DNA of 64,000 bases from Saprolegnia diclina VS20 (Eukaryota): assembly GCF_000281045.1 (NCBI RefSeq), contig NW_008246110.1, positions 246,049-310,048 of the forward strand, in the 5' to 3' direction. Within the stretch, counting starts at the first letter, position 1. Each line of letters begins with the position of its first letter. The notes under the pieces were generated by a model. It saw only the letters and a list, made by a program, of their open reading frames with translations. It was not told the DNA's origin and did not search any database. Shown here in pieces: positions 35,513 to 47,300 of the stretch. The translations under genes and the position numbers were made by a program.

Positions 35513-38128
35513 CTTTTAATACGACAGACTTAGGTTATACCCTTCTTCGCTTTCAACGTTCGCTGTGCTATGGCGCGTACAAAGTTACAATTTGGAGCGG
35601 TCCGCGCGAGCTTGGCATTCCCATCACGCCACATCCACCAGGCGGGCGTCTGACTAACATCTTGTCGCGTCGTGGCATTTGATCAAGCGCTTATCGGCTA
35701 GTCAAATCATCTCCCTCGATACGTACAAAGCAAACATGGCGACGATGAACGCTCGTTGTACGAAGCACAGCCATCGCCATCCACTGTCCGACGCAAAACT
35801 ACGTACCGATTGCCCTATGCGGATCTTTTGCTCGTGGAATGAGGCGTCCAGGCTTTAAAGTACACGGGGACTACCTCGTAAGATAGGCAGGATGGAACGA
35901 TGGTACGTCGTTCGAAAGTCGATATTCTCTACTTCTCTTCTTCGCTTTAGTTGGGCACGTTTGTTTGTGAAGTCCCCACAATTTATGCGGTACTCGTCTT
36001 CGTGAAGCACACGAGATATTTGAGGGATCGGCGGATATTATATCTGCGGAAACGAAGCTCGTGACGGCGGCAGGACACCCGCCTGTGCGCGCCGCTCCAT
36101 CGTGAACCCACCGTGTATGGATGGCGTGGATAGTACGGGTCGTGGAAGGGGATATATTGCTTACGATAGATCCAAGTGCAGTTGCCGCTTCGTTCATTCA
36201 TGTCGTTGCGCAACGATTAACGAAGCCTTGTTCCTACCTAGGTGCAAATTCCGTCGTACGGAGGTCGTTGCTCCGCCCAGCGCCTACTGTACTAGCGGGG
36301 CAAATGGTATACTCGGTCTAAGCTGCAACAGCGTTCAACTGGAGAGCGACCCTTCGCCTTTGCAGCAATTCTCTAGACCATGCCCCACCGATAGCTCTGA
36401 GAATTAGTCGTGTAGCAGGCGACTAAGTACACTGTACGACTCGCGGAGCCGACAACGACGCCATCCGCTCGCATCAGGTGCGACTTGTTGAGCAAAGGAA
36501 GTCCGACGTGCTAGTTGTCCGATTGAAAATGGATACAAAATGCAGCTGAACGGCGGACGTCGTAGTAAACGAGACACGATTCGACACGCCTCCTTGTCCG
36601 CTCGGTAGCGCTTGAAGTTCAATCGACGCTTGTGTCATTGCCGACGTCGCAAAGACGCTCGAATGGGTGCGTCCACAGCAGCGTGCGCCAGAGGCTCGCG
36701 CCTCACCGTCCGACCGTTCGTTTCGTGGCTTCCGTGACGCCACGTGGCCGCCAAGCTCGTTGCGTTGAACTTGAAGTTCCGGTTGTTGAAGACCAGATCC
36801 TTGCGATCAGCGCTATTTCATAGCCCAACTCCATTGTACGAATAAAACTGATAATCTAGATGACAACCTTAACAACTCTGTAAATGTCCTTATATTGCCC
36901 ACCGGACGCGCCTCTGAAGTTGAATACTTTGAGACGCTTGAAAACGAGGCGGCGCTGGGAAAGGCGGTCGTGCGAGGTCGTAGCTCTGACGCCACATTTG
37001 CCTTGGACATAGCTTGGCGCGTGCAACGCCGCCTTTTTCGTTGCGTCAATGGCGTCAATCTCAAAGGAAGTCGGGGTGGTTGCACCTGGGTAGCCCGACG
37101 TGCTTCAACCAGAATGCTGCGCTCCGGCCAACTGGATTTGACACAGAGTGTACACGTCGCACCCAAATCGTTCGAGAAACGAGTGCGGAGACAGGGACAT
37201 GCCGCGCTGCTGGTTCGACGAGGGAAGCCGCCGACGACGCTACAGCGGACCAAGAAGCTCACCTAGGAGCACTGTATTATTTCACTACAGATTAAAATAA
37301 TTTTGCTATTTCACCGTTGAAGCTCCAAGTGCAGTGGACGAAATCGTCCGAGTTGACATTGCCAGCGAGTTCCTACGACGACGACGCGGCGGTAAAAGCG
37401 CTGGCGACCGTCCGTTTGCATGCGTGGCTCTGGGATTTCTGAGAATGAGCCAATGAGATGGGCTCGTCTCCCTTCTTGGACCAATGATACATCTGAGAAT
37501 GCGTTGATTGGTCGAAAATCCACGATTTGCACTGGCTTGATCGCGGTTCTTGAAGCAGGCGACACGACAGGTGGGCACCCGTCACACGCGCTGTGTCGCA
37601 GGTGACCACCCCGATGTTCGCTTGCTAACGTACCCAAATTGGCCCAATCCACGGCGCAGAACCATCCGCACCACATACGGCGGGTGTCTCTACCCGGGTA
37701 CGTGGCCTCTCGCCTCGCTGGATCTCGTCACCTTTGCACCCGCGGGTCTCTTCTGCGGCTTGTCGACCTTCTTGTCGGCCAATTTGGCGTTGATAGAAAC
37801 GCTCCCCGGCTACTTTGTGCAGCGATGATGGATGCGGCGACCATTTTATCGCGTTATACCGGCCAAAGCGACTTTGGTGGAGCGCACTTCGAGGCCGAGA
37901 CGCAGAGAGGGACTCATGCAGCGAGTGAAGCGTCCACTGCCGCGCTGGGAGGATCGATCCCTGCATCACCTACACCAAACCAACTCCCGTGACCTTCTGC
38001 GTCGAGTCGATTCATCGTTGTACGAGGTGTCACCGTCTGGCGATGGCCGCGACACGCCAAGTACAGTCCTCCAGCAGCTGGTACTAGGGCTCTGCTTACA
38101 AATCGGTCCCAAGCGGTGTGTTCGTAGT

Positions 38129-38146
38129 GCTCATTTTCCGATTTGC
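38129..38146 (+). promoter_or_regulatory. Oomycete INR/FPR core promoter
   Basis: GCTCATTTTCCGATTTGC begins 50 nt upstream of ATG 38179. Confidence 0.65.
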
Positions 38147-38178
38147 TTTCCGCCGCACACAGCAGTCAAAGTAGCATC

Positions 38179-39636
38179 ATGGCGGGCTCAAGCAACAAGT
38201 TTATGACCATTGAAGACTTCAAGGCGGCGTTTTCGCTCTTCTGTTCCGTCTGCGGCGTCGGCTCGCTCGGTCTCCCGGGCAACTACGCGCGCGCCGGGTA
38301 CTTTTGGGCGTCCTTCGGCTTCTTCTTCATGGCGGCCGTCAACACGTACGCGACGTGGTGTATCGCCAAGGTGATGCTGGTCGCGCCCCAAACGGTCTTT
38401 ACGTTTGGTGATCTTGCCGAGTGGAGCATGGGCAAGGGCGGTCGCTACGTCACGACGTTTGCGCAGACCGTCATGTGCACGCTGCTTCCCATCGTCTTCC
38501 TCGTCCTCGGTGGGTCGCTCCTTGTCGTGCTCTTCCCGATGTCGTTCTCGCAGACGACGTGGATCGTCTTGATGGGCATCACGCTTCTCCCGGTCTGCCT
38601 CATCCCGACGCTCAAGGAAGGTGCTGGCGCCGCCGCCGCCGGCTGCCTCGGCACGATCTTTGCCGATGGTATTGCGCTCTACCTCCTCATCACCAACATG
38701 CAGGACGTCAACCCCACGGGCATCTCGCCGCCCGGCCCGGAGATTGGCTTTGAGCAGGTCACGACGGTCTTTGGCAACCTCGCGCTCGCGTACGGTGCCG
38801 GTATCATGATCCCGACGCTTCTCCGCGAGCACTCGGAGCCGGAGCGTCTTCCGAAGCTCATTCTGATCACGATGGGCGTCATTTGCAGCTTCTTCCTCCT
38901 CGTCTCGATCCTCGGTGTCTTCTCGACGGGATGCCAAACGCCCGGCAACCTCCTCTTCTCGATCGCCAACCCGGCGCTTGGCTTCACGGCGGACCGCGGC
39001 TTTGTGATTCTCAGCTTCCTCTTCATGCAGCTCCACATTACGATCGCGTTCGCTGTCGTCATCTTCCCCGTCTTCCAGATCATGGAGCGCATCTTCCTCC
39101 GCATGCACATCTACGAGCTCGACGCGCCGCTTGCGTCGGCCAACGACATTGAGACGCCCGCGATCGACGCTGTCGGCACGTCCTTCCACGATGAGAAGGC
39201 GCCGATTGTCAACCACATCGACCCCGCGGATGCGTACAAGGTGCCGGGTGCTTACTTCAAGGCCGCGACGCTCCGCACCATCATGGTCGTGCTCTGCGTC
39301 ATTGTCGCTGTCATCTGGAAGGACCACCTCGGCTCGCTCATGGACTTTGTCGGCGCGTCGTCGTCGTGCACGGTGTGCATGATCCTCCCGATCATTTTCT
39401 ACAACAAGACGTTCTGGACGACGACGTCGATCGCGGAGAAGGCGATTGGCGCCGTCTTTGTCCTTGTGACCGTCTTCCTCGCCATTTACGTGTCCATCAA
39501 CACGGGCAAGGAGCTCTTTGCGCCGGAAGCCAAGGACGCGACAATCCTCTTCCCGCTCTGCCCCACAAACTACCAAAAGGTCGTCTTCACCAACACGACG
39601 CACTTTGCGCCGAGCCGCGCGCTCTTTGGCTACTAA
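38179..39636 (+). CDS. Amino acid/auxin permease (AAAP, Aa_trans) family transporter
   Basis: AFSLFCSVCGVGSLGLPGNYARAG, TFGDLAEW, FGNLALAYGAG..IPTL and DFVGAS; about 11 TM segments; single exon. Confidence 0.93.
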   Translation: MAGSSNKFMTIEDFKAAFSLFCSVCGVGSLGLPGNYARAGYFWASFGFFFMAAVNTYATWCIAKVMLVAPQTVFTFGDLAEWSMGKGGRYVTTFAQTVMCTLLPIVFLVLGGSLLVVLFPMSFSQTTWIVLMGITLLPVCLIPTLKEGAGAAAAGCLGTIFADGIALYLLITNMQDVNPTGISPPGPEIGFEQVTTVFGNLALAYGAGIMIPTLLREHSEPERLPKLILITMGVICSFFLLVSILGVFSTGCQTPGNLLFSIANPALGFTADRGFVILSFLFMQLHITIAFAVVIFPVFQIMERIFLRMHIYELDAPLASANDIETPAIDAVGTSFHDEKAPIVNHIDPADAYKVPGAYFKAATLRTIMVVLCVIVAVIWKDHLGSLMDFVGASSSCTVCMILPIIFYNKTFWTTTSIAEKAIGAVFVLVTVFLAIYVSINTGKELFAPEAKDATILFPLCPTNYQKVVFTNTTHFAPSRALFGY

Positions 39637-41161
39637 GGAAAGCCGCGTTATGTTATGTAGTCTACCAGCCACGGAAGCTGTATATCTTTATCGAACACCC
39701 AATTTGTCGTTCATCTTCCGTGTTTTCTTGGCAAGGAGCATAACGGCGTCCGAATGCTCGACAGACAATAATGTGTGGTGAAGCGTGGTCGAGAATTCTT
39801 GTGGCCAGCAGATGGCGTCGACGGTGCGATGGGTCGCGTGCTAACGCAGCGTTTCTGAGAAACTAGTGTATGCTCACAAAACAGCTGTTTCTTATATCAG
39901 AGAGAGGTGCACCGACAATACGACGATCATCAACACCGTGCATTGGTCTGGGATGCATTTAATCGTGTGAAGAATATGTCGACCTAGTACAAAGATCATG
40001 AACGCGCAAAGCAAGGCTTCTATACTGCAATAGAATGGGCGTCGCACGAAGCTGACACTTGGCGCAACGTGTGACCAACGCGATGATTGCGTCACCGGAC
40101 AGCATGTAATGTTTATGTGTGGCTGCGATCGCTTGGGTGTTGTCGGGACACCGAGGCGATGTTGACAAATCGACGAGCAACTGGGTGGCACATGGAAGGG
40201 TACGAGAGAACGAACCGATGCGTCTTCATTTGGCCGCCAGCGAAGATTCCAGCGCCAGCGTCAACCTACTGTGCTCGGAGTAATCGGCGTGTTGACGCCC
40301 CGAGCAGTCTCCGTCATGGAAGCGTTGAGGACAGAGTCAAGACAATAAGACACGATGATTCGAACCCATGTCCACCGATTTCAATACTTGTAGACCCTCG
40401 ATCGAATCGCCGTCTTGTCATGGGAAAGCAACTATAAGATCTTTGCTGAGTTGACGCATCAGCCGCGTCCTCGTGAGCGCTCGTCATGGAGGAGCTACAA
40501 AATGAGATGATTGAGACCTAAAACAGCAGAAAAATGAGCGGCCGCGATGCGAATTGACGGTTGAGTCGACTGTCGTTGTGTAACTTAACCCGAACCGGCA
40601 CTCTGCGCCCGCCAAAGGCGCTTTTGGGGAATGTGGAATGACGGGCAATTTCGCTCATTTTTCCGCATTTTGGGTCTGGGCTCATTTTTAATCTGATTGT
40701 CGCTGCTTGCTGCTAGTCAGGCGGGAGCCATGTCAACAACTGGTACCAAAGCACCGGCAAGCAGACTGCCTGTAGTTTGGCCACCTTGCCGACAAGGGAC
40801 ATTGTTTGTGGGACCAGAGCTCCAGCCGTTCCATGAGTTTGGTCAGCGTGTCGTCAAAGCGAGACGTTTCCGGAAGGCCCGGAGTATCAAGCTTCGCCGA
40901 TACTTGATCATCCAGCTCGCTGGTAGCCAACCTTTACAAACGTTCGACCTCCCCCACCAGCGACAGCGACGGGACGCGAGCGTCCAGTGGTGAAGGTTGA
41001 CCATTTCGAGGTTGAGAAACGAACAACAAAATCTTCGAATGCAACGCTGCTCGAACAAGAGATGCTTTGTGGGCGGTCCGGCCGCAGCTCTCTCTTGGGA
41101 CATCGTAGTGTGTGTGGAGGGATGTTGTTCGACGTTCTGCATCACCAACTCTTCACTTTGG

Positions 41162-41180
41162 ACCTCATTCTCCAAGTTGC
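41162..41180 (+). promoter_or_regulatory. Oomycete INR/FPR-like core promoter
   Basis: CCTCATTCTCCAAGTTGC lies just upstream of ATG 41190. Confidence 0.55.
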
Positions 41181-41189
41181 CTGGCTACC

Positions 41190-43472
41190 ATGAAGCTGCT
41201 TTGGGTTTTCGCGCTTGCGAACGCTGTCGCCGTCTCGTTTGGCGTGGAGCTTCTCGAAGACATTGCCAAGTCGTGCTCGTGCGATACCGACTGTCCGCAA
41301 ATCACGTGCTTCGCCGCCCCGACGTGCTCGAACGGTCGCTGCGCGTACACACAAAAGCCCATGGGTGCCAAGTGCCCAGGCCAGAGTTGCTCGAACGGAG
41401 GCGTCTGTGACGACGACGCCAACGACTATTGCAACGCCAAGGCCGAATGCATCAACGGGTTCAAGCCGTCGACGACCACGTGTCGCGCCGCCAGCGGCCA
41501 ATGCGATGTCGCCGAAACGTGCACCGGGTCCTCGGGCATGTGCCCAATCGACAGCTATCAGCCTCCGACGATGTCGTGCTCGGGCGCAAGCAACGGTGGT
41601 CCATGCGACGCCGAGGACAAGTGCGACGGCTTTGGCAGTTGCATTGATGTGTTCTTGCCGTCGACAACCATTTGCCGCAAGGCCGCCGGCGCGTGCGACG
41701 TGGCCGAAACCTGCTCGGGTACTTCTGGTTCGTGCCCCGTGGACCAGTTTGCGCTGAAGGACAAGTCGTGCAGTGGATCGTCAAATGCTGGCGCCTGCGA
41801 CGGACAAGACGTCTGTGACGGCAAGGGCAACTGCATTGACGTGTATTTACCGTCAACGGCGGTCTGTCGCGCGTCCAAAGGCGAATGTGACTTGGCTGAA
41901 ACGTGCTCTGGGACGTCGAGTGCCTGTCCTGCCGACGGCTTTGCCGGTGTGACGACCCAGTGCACGGGCACCTGCAACGGCGGTCTCTGCGACGACCAGG
42001 ATTACTGCGACGGCAAGGGCAAGTGCGTTGACAAGTTCAAGCCATCCACTGAAGTGTGCCGCACCGCAGACGGCGCTTGCGATGTCGCCGAGACTTGTAC
42101 GGGTTCTTCGAGCTCGTGTCCTGCCAACAAGTACGCCACGACCTCGGTCCCATGCACAGGCAAGTCGAACGGTGGAGAGTGCGACGCCCAAGACTATTGC
42201 GACGGCAATGGTGGCTGCGCTGACAAGTACCAGAGCTCCACATTCGTGTGTCGCGCCGCCAAGGGCGAGTGTGACGTGGCTGAAACCTGCTCCGGTACTT
42301 CGGGTGCGTGCCCGACCAACGCATTCAAGTCGTCATCGGTCCCGTGCACGGGCACCTGCAACGGCAACCCATGCGACGCCCAAGACTACTGCGATGGGAA
42401 GGGCAACTGCGTCGACAAGTATCAAGACTCCAAATTTGTGTGTCGCGTCGCCAAGGGCGCTTGTGACGTCGCTGAAACTTGCTCAGGCTCTTCGAGTCAG
42501 TGCCCGGTCGACGCCTTTGCAGCCACCACGGTCACCTGCTCTGGTACGTCGACCGGTGGGGATTGCGACGCCCAAGACTACTGCGACGGCAAAGGCAACT
42601 GTGTCGACAAGTACTCTCCGTCGTCCAAGGTGTGCCGCCCTACCAAGGGCGACTGCGACGTGGCCGAAACCTGCTCGGGTTCGTCGGGTCAGTGCCCGAC
42701 CAACGTCTTTGCGTCCACCGCGGTCAAGTGCACTGGCACGTCAAACGGGGGCGGGTGCGACGCCCAAGACTATTGCGACGGAAACGGCAACTGCATCGAC
42801 AAGTATCAAGGCTCCGGGTTTGTGTGTCGCGCCGCCAAGGGCGACTGCGATGTAGCCGAGATTTGTTGCGGCTCGAAGGGCGCGTGCCCGGCCGATACGT
42901 TTGCTGGCACAAGCACCAAGTGCTCGGGTACTTGCAATGGCAACCCGTGCGACGATCAAGACTACTGCGACGGCAAGGGCAAGTGCGTCGACAAGTACAA
43001 GCCGTCCGGCACCGTCTGCGGCACCAAGGGCAACCCGTGCATTCTGGCGGCCACGTGCTCGGGTGACATGGGTTTTTGCCCACCCGATGACTTTGCGTCG
43101 TCGTCGACGTCCTGCACCGGCACCAAGAGCGGCGGCATCTGCGACGGCAGGGACGTTTGCGACGGCGAAGGGTCATGCGTTGACAAGTTCCTCAACGGCG
43201 TCGTGTGCCAAAAGCCCGCCTGGTACAGCCGCCCGACCTACTGCAACGGCAAGACGTCGAGCTGCCCTGTTTCGAGCTACCTCAGTTTGCGCGAAGTCAA
43301 TGACGACGACGTGGCGGTCACCGAGCAGTTGCTGGCGACGATGCAGTCGTCGTCGTCACCCTTGGTGCTCCTCGGTCTCGTGTGCGTCGTCGCCATCGGT
43401 GTCGCGCTCGTGGCCATGCGCCAGCAGCAACGCAATGTTTGGCAGCACGACTACAAGGAGCTCTTCATGTAA
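41190..43472 (+). CDS. Cys-rich type I membrane/surface protein with tandem disintegrin-like repeats
   Basis: Signal peptide MKLLWVFALANAVAVSFG, repeated CRxxxGxCDxAETCxGxSxxCP motifs, a C-terminal TM segment (LVLLGLVCVVAIGVALVAM) and a short tail containing YKEL. Confidence 0.9.
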   Translation: MKLLWVFALANAVAVSFGVELLEDIAKSCSCDTDCPQITCFAAPTCSNGRCAYTQKPMGAKCPGQSCSNGGVCDDDANDYCNAKAECINGFKPSTTTCRAASGQCDVAETCTGSSGMCPIDSYQPPTMSCSGASNGGPCDAEDKCDGFGSCIDVFLPSTTICRKAAGACDVAETCSGTSGSCPVDQFALKDKSCSGSSNAGACDGQDVCDGKGNCIDVYLPSTAVCRASKGECDLAETCSGTSSACPADGFAGVTTQCTGTCNGGLCDDQDYCDGKGKCVDKFKPSTEVCRTADGACDVAETCTGSSSSCPANKYATTSVPCTGKSNGGECDAQDYCDGNGGCADKYQSSTFVCRAAKGECDVAETCSGTSGACPTNAFKSSSVPCTGTCNGNPCDAQDYCDGKGNCVDKYQDSKFVCRVAKGACDVAETCSGSSSQCPVDAFAATTVTCSGTSTGGDCDAQDYCDGKGNCVDKYSPSSKVCRPTKGDCDVAETCSGSSGQCPTNVFASTAVKCTGTSNGGGCDAQDYCDGNGNCIDKYQGSGFVCRAAKGDCDVAEICCGSKGACPADTFAGTSTKCSGTCNGNPCDDQDYCDGKGKCVDKYKPSGTVCGTKGNPCILAATCSGDMGFCPPDDFASSSTSCTGTKSGGICDGRDVCDGEGSCVDKFLNGVVCQKPAWYSRPTYCNGKTSSCPVSSYLSLREVNDDDVAVTEQLLATMQSSSSPLVLLGLVCVVAIGVALVAMRQQQRNVWQHDYKELFM
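41481..43270 (+). repeat. Intragenic tandem repeat with a 192-nt (64-aa) period, about 9.5 copies
   Basis: Units start at 41481, 41673, 41865, 42057, 42249, 42441, 42633, 42825 and 43017. The last ones are degenerate. Confidence 0.92.
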
Positions 43473-44334
43473 GATGGCGACATCGAACAACGCCGATTTT
43501 GCAACATTTTCAAGACGCTGCTTGTATACTGATGGAGCTAGTTTGCACCTAAGAAGACTAATATACATCTATCTCATCCATCTTTTTGCATTTTCTCGAC
43601 TGGTATCACAAGAATCACTTCTGCCACGGGACAAAACGACCTGTCTGCCGAGAAACGAACAGTCTTTCGTACCTGCAATTTGGTTTATAAGTCTACCAAC
43701 CGTACCAATAACTGATTTATGATATGAAATGATATGGATTGAAATCTTTATACAGACTAAAGACTCCACGATTTATACTCGTGAGCCAACCAACCGTCCA
43801 GACTTCGGAACGCCAACGATGACGTGGCACCACGAGAGTGCGATCTGGACCTCTCGGATGCACAGAGTTGCGCAGGAAGCGAAGGAGCCGTGCTTGATAA
43901 CCGGCGGACGCACTGCCTCTTGAGAAGTAAATGTGTCGTCCAGCGCACTGTACTGTGTCGTAGTATTGCTCAAGGAATTGCATCGCGTTGTCAGTCCGAC
44001 TTTTGGTGGGCAAAATGAGTAATTGCTCGACAGACCACCTGCGTCACGGACGCGTGTAGGTGTCGACGGGCCAATCAGAATCTCAGTTATGTCCGCTGAG
44101 TGATCCTCTACCCTTCTCATTCCTACTTTGGTAGGGCTCACTAGTACGATGTCGCAATGACTACTCGTTGGGGGGCGTCGCGTTGCACTTGTCTCGTCGC
44201 CTTGGACTCGAATGCGCTGCTGCAAGGTGCAAGGCACTCAGAGGAGGAAGGAATGAAGTTCCGAGGTCGACACTGATTGGCTGTATCCACGTAACCTCAA
44301 TGTGATTGGTCGGATCGCGACGGTGGTCTATCCT

Positions 44335-44351
44335 GCTCATTTTAGATTTGC
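44335..44351 (+). promoter_or_regulatory. Oomycete INR/FPR core promoter with upstream reverse CCAAT boxes
   Basis: GCTCATTTTAGATTTGC precedes ATG 44357; ATTGG occurs near 44276 and 44305. Confidence 0.6.
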
Positions 44352-44356
44352 ATCCG

Positions 44357-47300
44357 ATGGCAACAACAACGCCGTACGTGAGCCTCGAGAAGACCCGGCA
44401 TCCCGTCGAGACAGCCGGCGCTGCGTCCATGGCCACCATGGCATGGCTCGACCCGCTCATCCGCCGCGGCGCGCGGACGCCGCTCAACGAGGCCGACGTC
44501 TGGCCGCTCTGCCAAGTGGACACGGCCGCCGCCGTCCACGATCGCTTCCAAGAGCAGTGGCAGCTCGAGCGCCAAGCGATTGCGCCTGCTTTGCACAAGG
44601 CCATTTGGCGCACGTTTCGACGCGAGATCCTATCGACGATTGGCTTGTACCTCGTCTCGGCGGGCCTCACGCTGCTCCAGCCCTGGGTCATCAAGTCGAT
44701 CCTCGAGTACCTCCAGGCGCCACCCGGGAACGTGGTCACAAGCTTGGGCATCTCGTCGGGCTACGGCCTTGCTGGTCTTCTCGCAGGTCTCTCGATCGTT
44801 TCGATCGCGTGCGCGGACTATGCGCAGTACATTGCGGCGCACATTGGCTGCAACGTCAAGACGATCTTTGTCGACAGCGTCTATCTCCACACGCTATCGC
44901 TCTCGAGCACCTCCAAGCAGCAGGTCTCGTCCGGCGACGTGGTCGCCATGGCCACGATCGACGCAGAGAAGATGCTCCAGGGATTCTGGCTCGGCTTTTG
45001 GTCGCTCGTCGCCCCGTTGATGCTGCTCGTCATCATGCTTCTTATCGGCGTCGAGCTTGGCGTCGCGACGGGCCTCATTGGGGGCGGGTTCATGCTGCTC
45101 TTCATGGTTGCCGGGTACCTCTCGGGCACGCGCGTCGGCGCTGTGAAGCGACGCCTTCTCAGCGTCCAGGCGGAGCGCGTCAAGCTCATGAACGAAGTGC
45201 TCCAAGGCATCCGCGTCGTCAAGCTCTACGCGTGGGAGAAGGACTTGGAAGCGCACATTTCCGCAGTCCGCGCCCGCGAGTTTGAGCTCATCAAGACCTT
45301 CCAAGCGCTCCGTGTGCTCAACACCGTGACGCTCTTTGCGGCGCCCTTGGTGACCATGGCGGTCGTCTGGGTCTCGTACATTGGGCTTGGCCACACCATG
45401 GACCCGACCAAAGCGTTTACTGTCATGGCGCTTCTCAACGCCGCGCTGCTGCCATGCACCATCTTCTCGAATGCCGTCATGTACGCCTCGGAAGCCTACG
45501 CGTCCTCGCAGCGCGTCAACAAGTTCTTGCTGCTCGATTCGATGCCGCCGGCGCAGCTAACTCCAGCGACGAGTGCCGCACACGTCTCGCTGCGTGACGC
45601 GGCCTTTGCGTGGGAAGACTCTTCGCCGGTGCTCCACGACCTGCAGCTCGAGCTGCATGGACCGTCTCTGACGGTGCTCGTCGGGCCTGTTGGCAGCGGC
45701 AAGTCGAGTCTCGTGCAGGCCATCTTGGGCGAGATGCACCAGCTCCACGGCACCCGTGACGTCGCCGGCAACGTGGCGTACGCGAGCCAAGAAGCGTGGA
45801 TCCAACATGACTCGCTGCGCAACAACATCCTCTTTGCAGACGTCTATGATGCAACCAAGTACAATGCAGTGCTCGACGCGTGCCAGCTCCGCGCCGACCT
45901 GGCCATGCTACCGGACGGCGACGCGACCGAGATTGGCGAGCGCGGTATCAACTTGAGTGGCGGCCAAAAGGCGCGCGTCGCATTGGCGCGCGCCTTGTAC
46001 AAAACGAACGCGGACCTCGTGCTGCTCGACGATCCGCTGAGCGCCCTCGACGTCCATGTCGCCAGCGCCGTCTTCACCGACGGACTCACGCGCCTCCTTG
46101 AACACAAGACGACGCTTCTCGTGCTCAACAGCCACTATCACCTTCTTGCCCACGCCGACCGCATCCTCGTGCTGGACCACGGACGCATCGTCGCCGACGG
46201 CTCGTACGCCGACGTCATGGCAACGTGTCCGCACTTGGTGACGAATGGTATGACAATGACGACGTCATCCCCCGAGACACCGGCCACCGCAGCGACTGTC
46301 GCACCGGACACCGTGGCAAAACCAACGACGTCTGGTGGTCTTGTGGCTCAAGAGGAGCGGGCGATCGGCGCCGTCTCGGTCGCTACGTACGTCAAGTACT
46401 TTGGCGCGAGCGGCTGGAACGGGCGGTACGTCGGGGCATCCGTGCTGCTGAGCTACCTCGTGTGCCAAGGCGTCGTCGTCAGTGGGGACTTGTACCTCTC
46501 GCACTGGTCCAACGCGCCCTTGCGGGCGTCGAGCGTCGCGTCGAGTTGGTCGTACGCAAGCATCATATTAGCAGCTGTTTTGCTCGTGTGGGGCCGCAGC
46601 ATGTACGCCCTCTTTGTGGCCCAGCGCTGCTCGCAGTCGTTGCACACGCGTCTCTTCCGCAAGGTCCTCTCGCTCTCAGTGCCAACGTTCTTTGACGTGA
46701 CGCCGATCGGTCGGATTCTGAACCGGTTCTCGACGGACCTCGACCTCCTCGACTCGCAAGTGCCCTTCTACGGCTTTATGCTGCTCCAGTTCGTCTTCCA
46801 GATCCTCGCCGTGTTGCTCGTGTGCGGCGCGACAACGCCCTACGTCATTATCTTGTACCCGGTCATGCTCGTTGCGTTCTACAAGGTGCTGCAGTACTTC
46901 AACCCGACGGCGAGTGCGCTCAAGCGACTCGAGAGCGTCACGCGGTCGCCGCTGGTCACGAGCATCTCGGAGACGCTGCACGGTCTCTCGACGATCCGCG
47001 CGTTCAACTTGGCGCCGACCTTCCTGACCACGCATCGACGCAAGCTGGACCACCACATGCAGTTCTTCTCGACCTTCTACATGGCCCGTGCGTGGTTTCA
47101 GATGCGCCTCGATTGGCTCTCGGCCGCCATCATCGTCGTTGTCGCCTTCCTCTGCATCGGTCTCCAGACGTCGCTGGGCGTCGTCTCGGCCGGCCTCTCG
47201 CTCACGTACGCTGCGCAGCTCTCGGCGTTCCTCTCGAAATGCGCCATGTTCTACAACAACGTCGATACGATGATGACGTCGGTCGAGCGGCTCGCGTTCT

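Noticed and set aside
40345..40410. Minus-strand GGGTTCGAATC (tRNA T-loop/B-box-like)
   Set aside because: The T-stem and acceptor stem do not pair and no cloverleaf forms. It is at most a degenerate relic.
41481..43270. Regularly spaced repeats as a CRISPR-like array
   Set aside because: They are in-frame 192-nt coding repeats with synonymous variation. There are no unique spacers or cas genes, and the context is eukaryotic.
46020..46050. Walker B 'DD' in NBD1 of the ABC transporter as a sign of inactivation
   Set aside because: A degenerate NBD1 site is normal for ABCC transporters.
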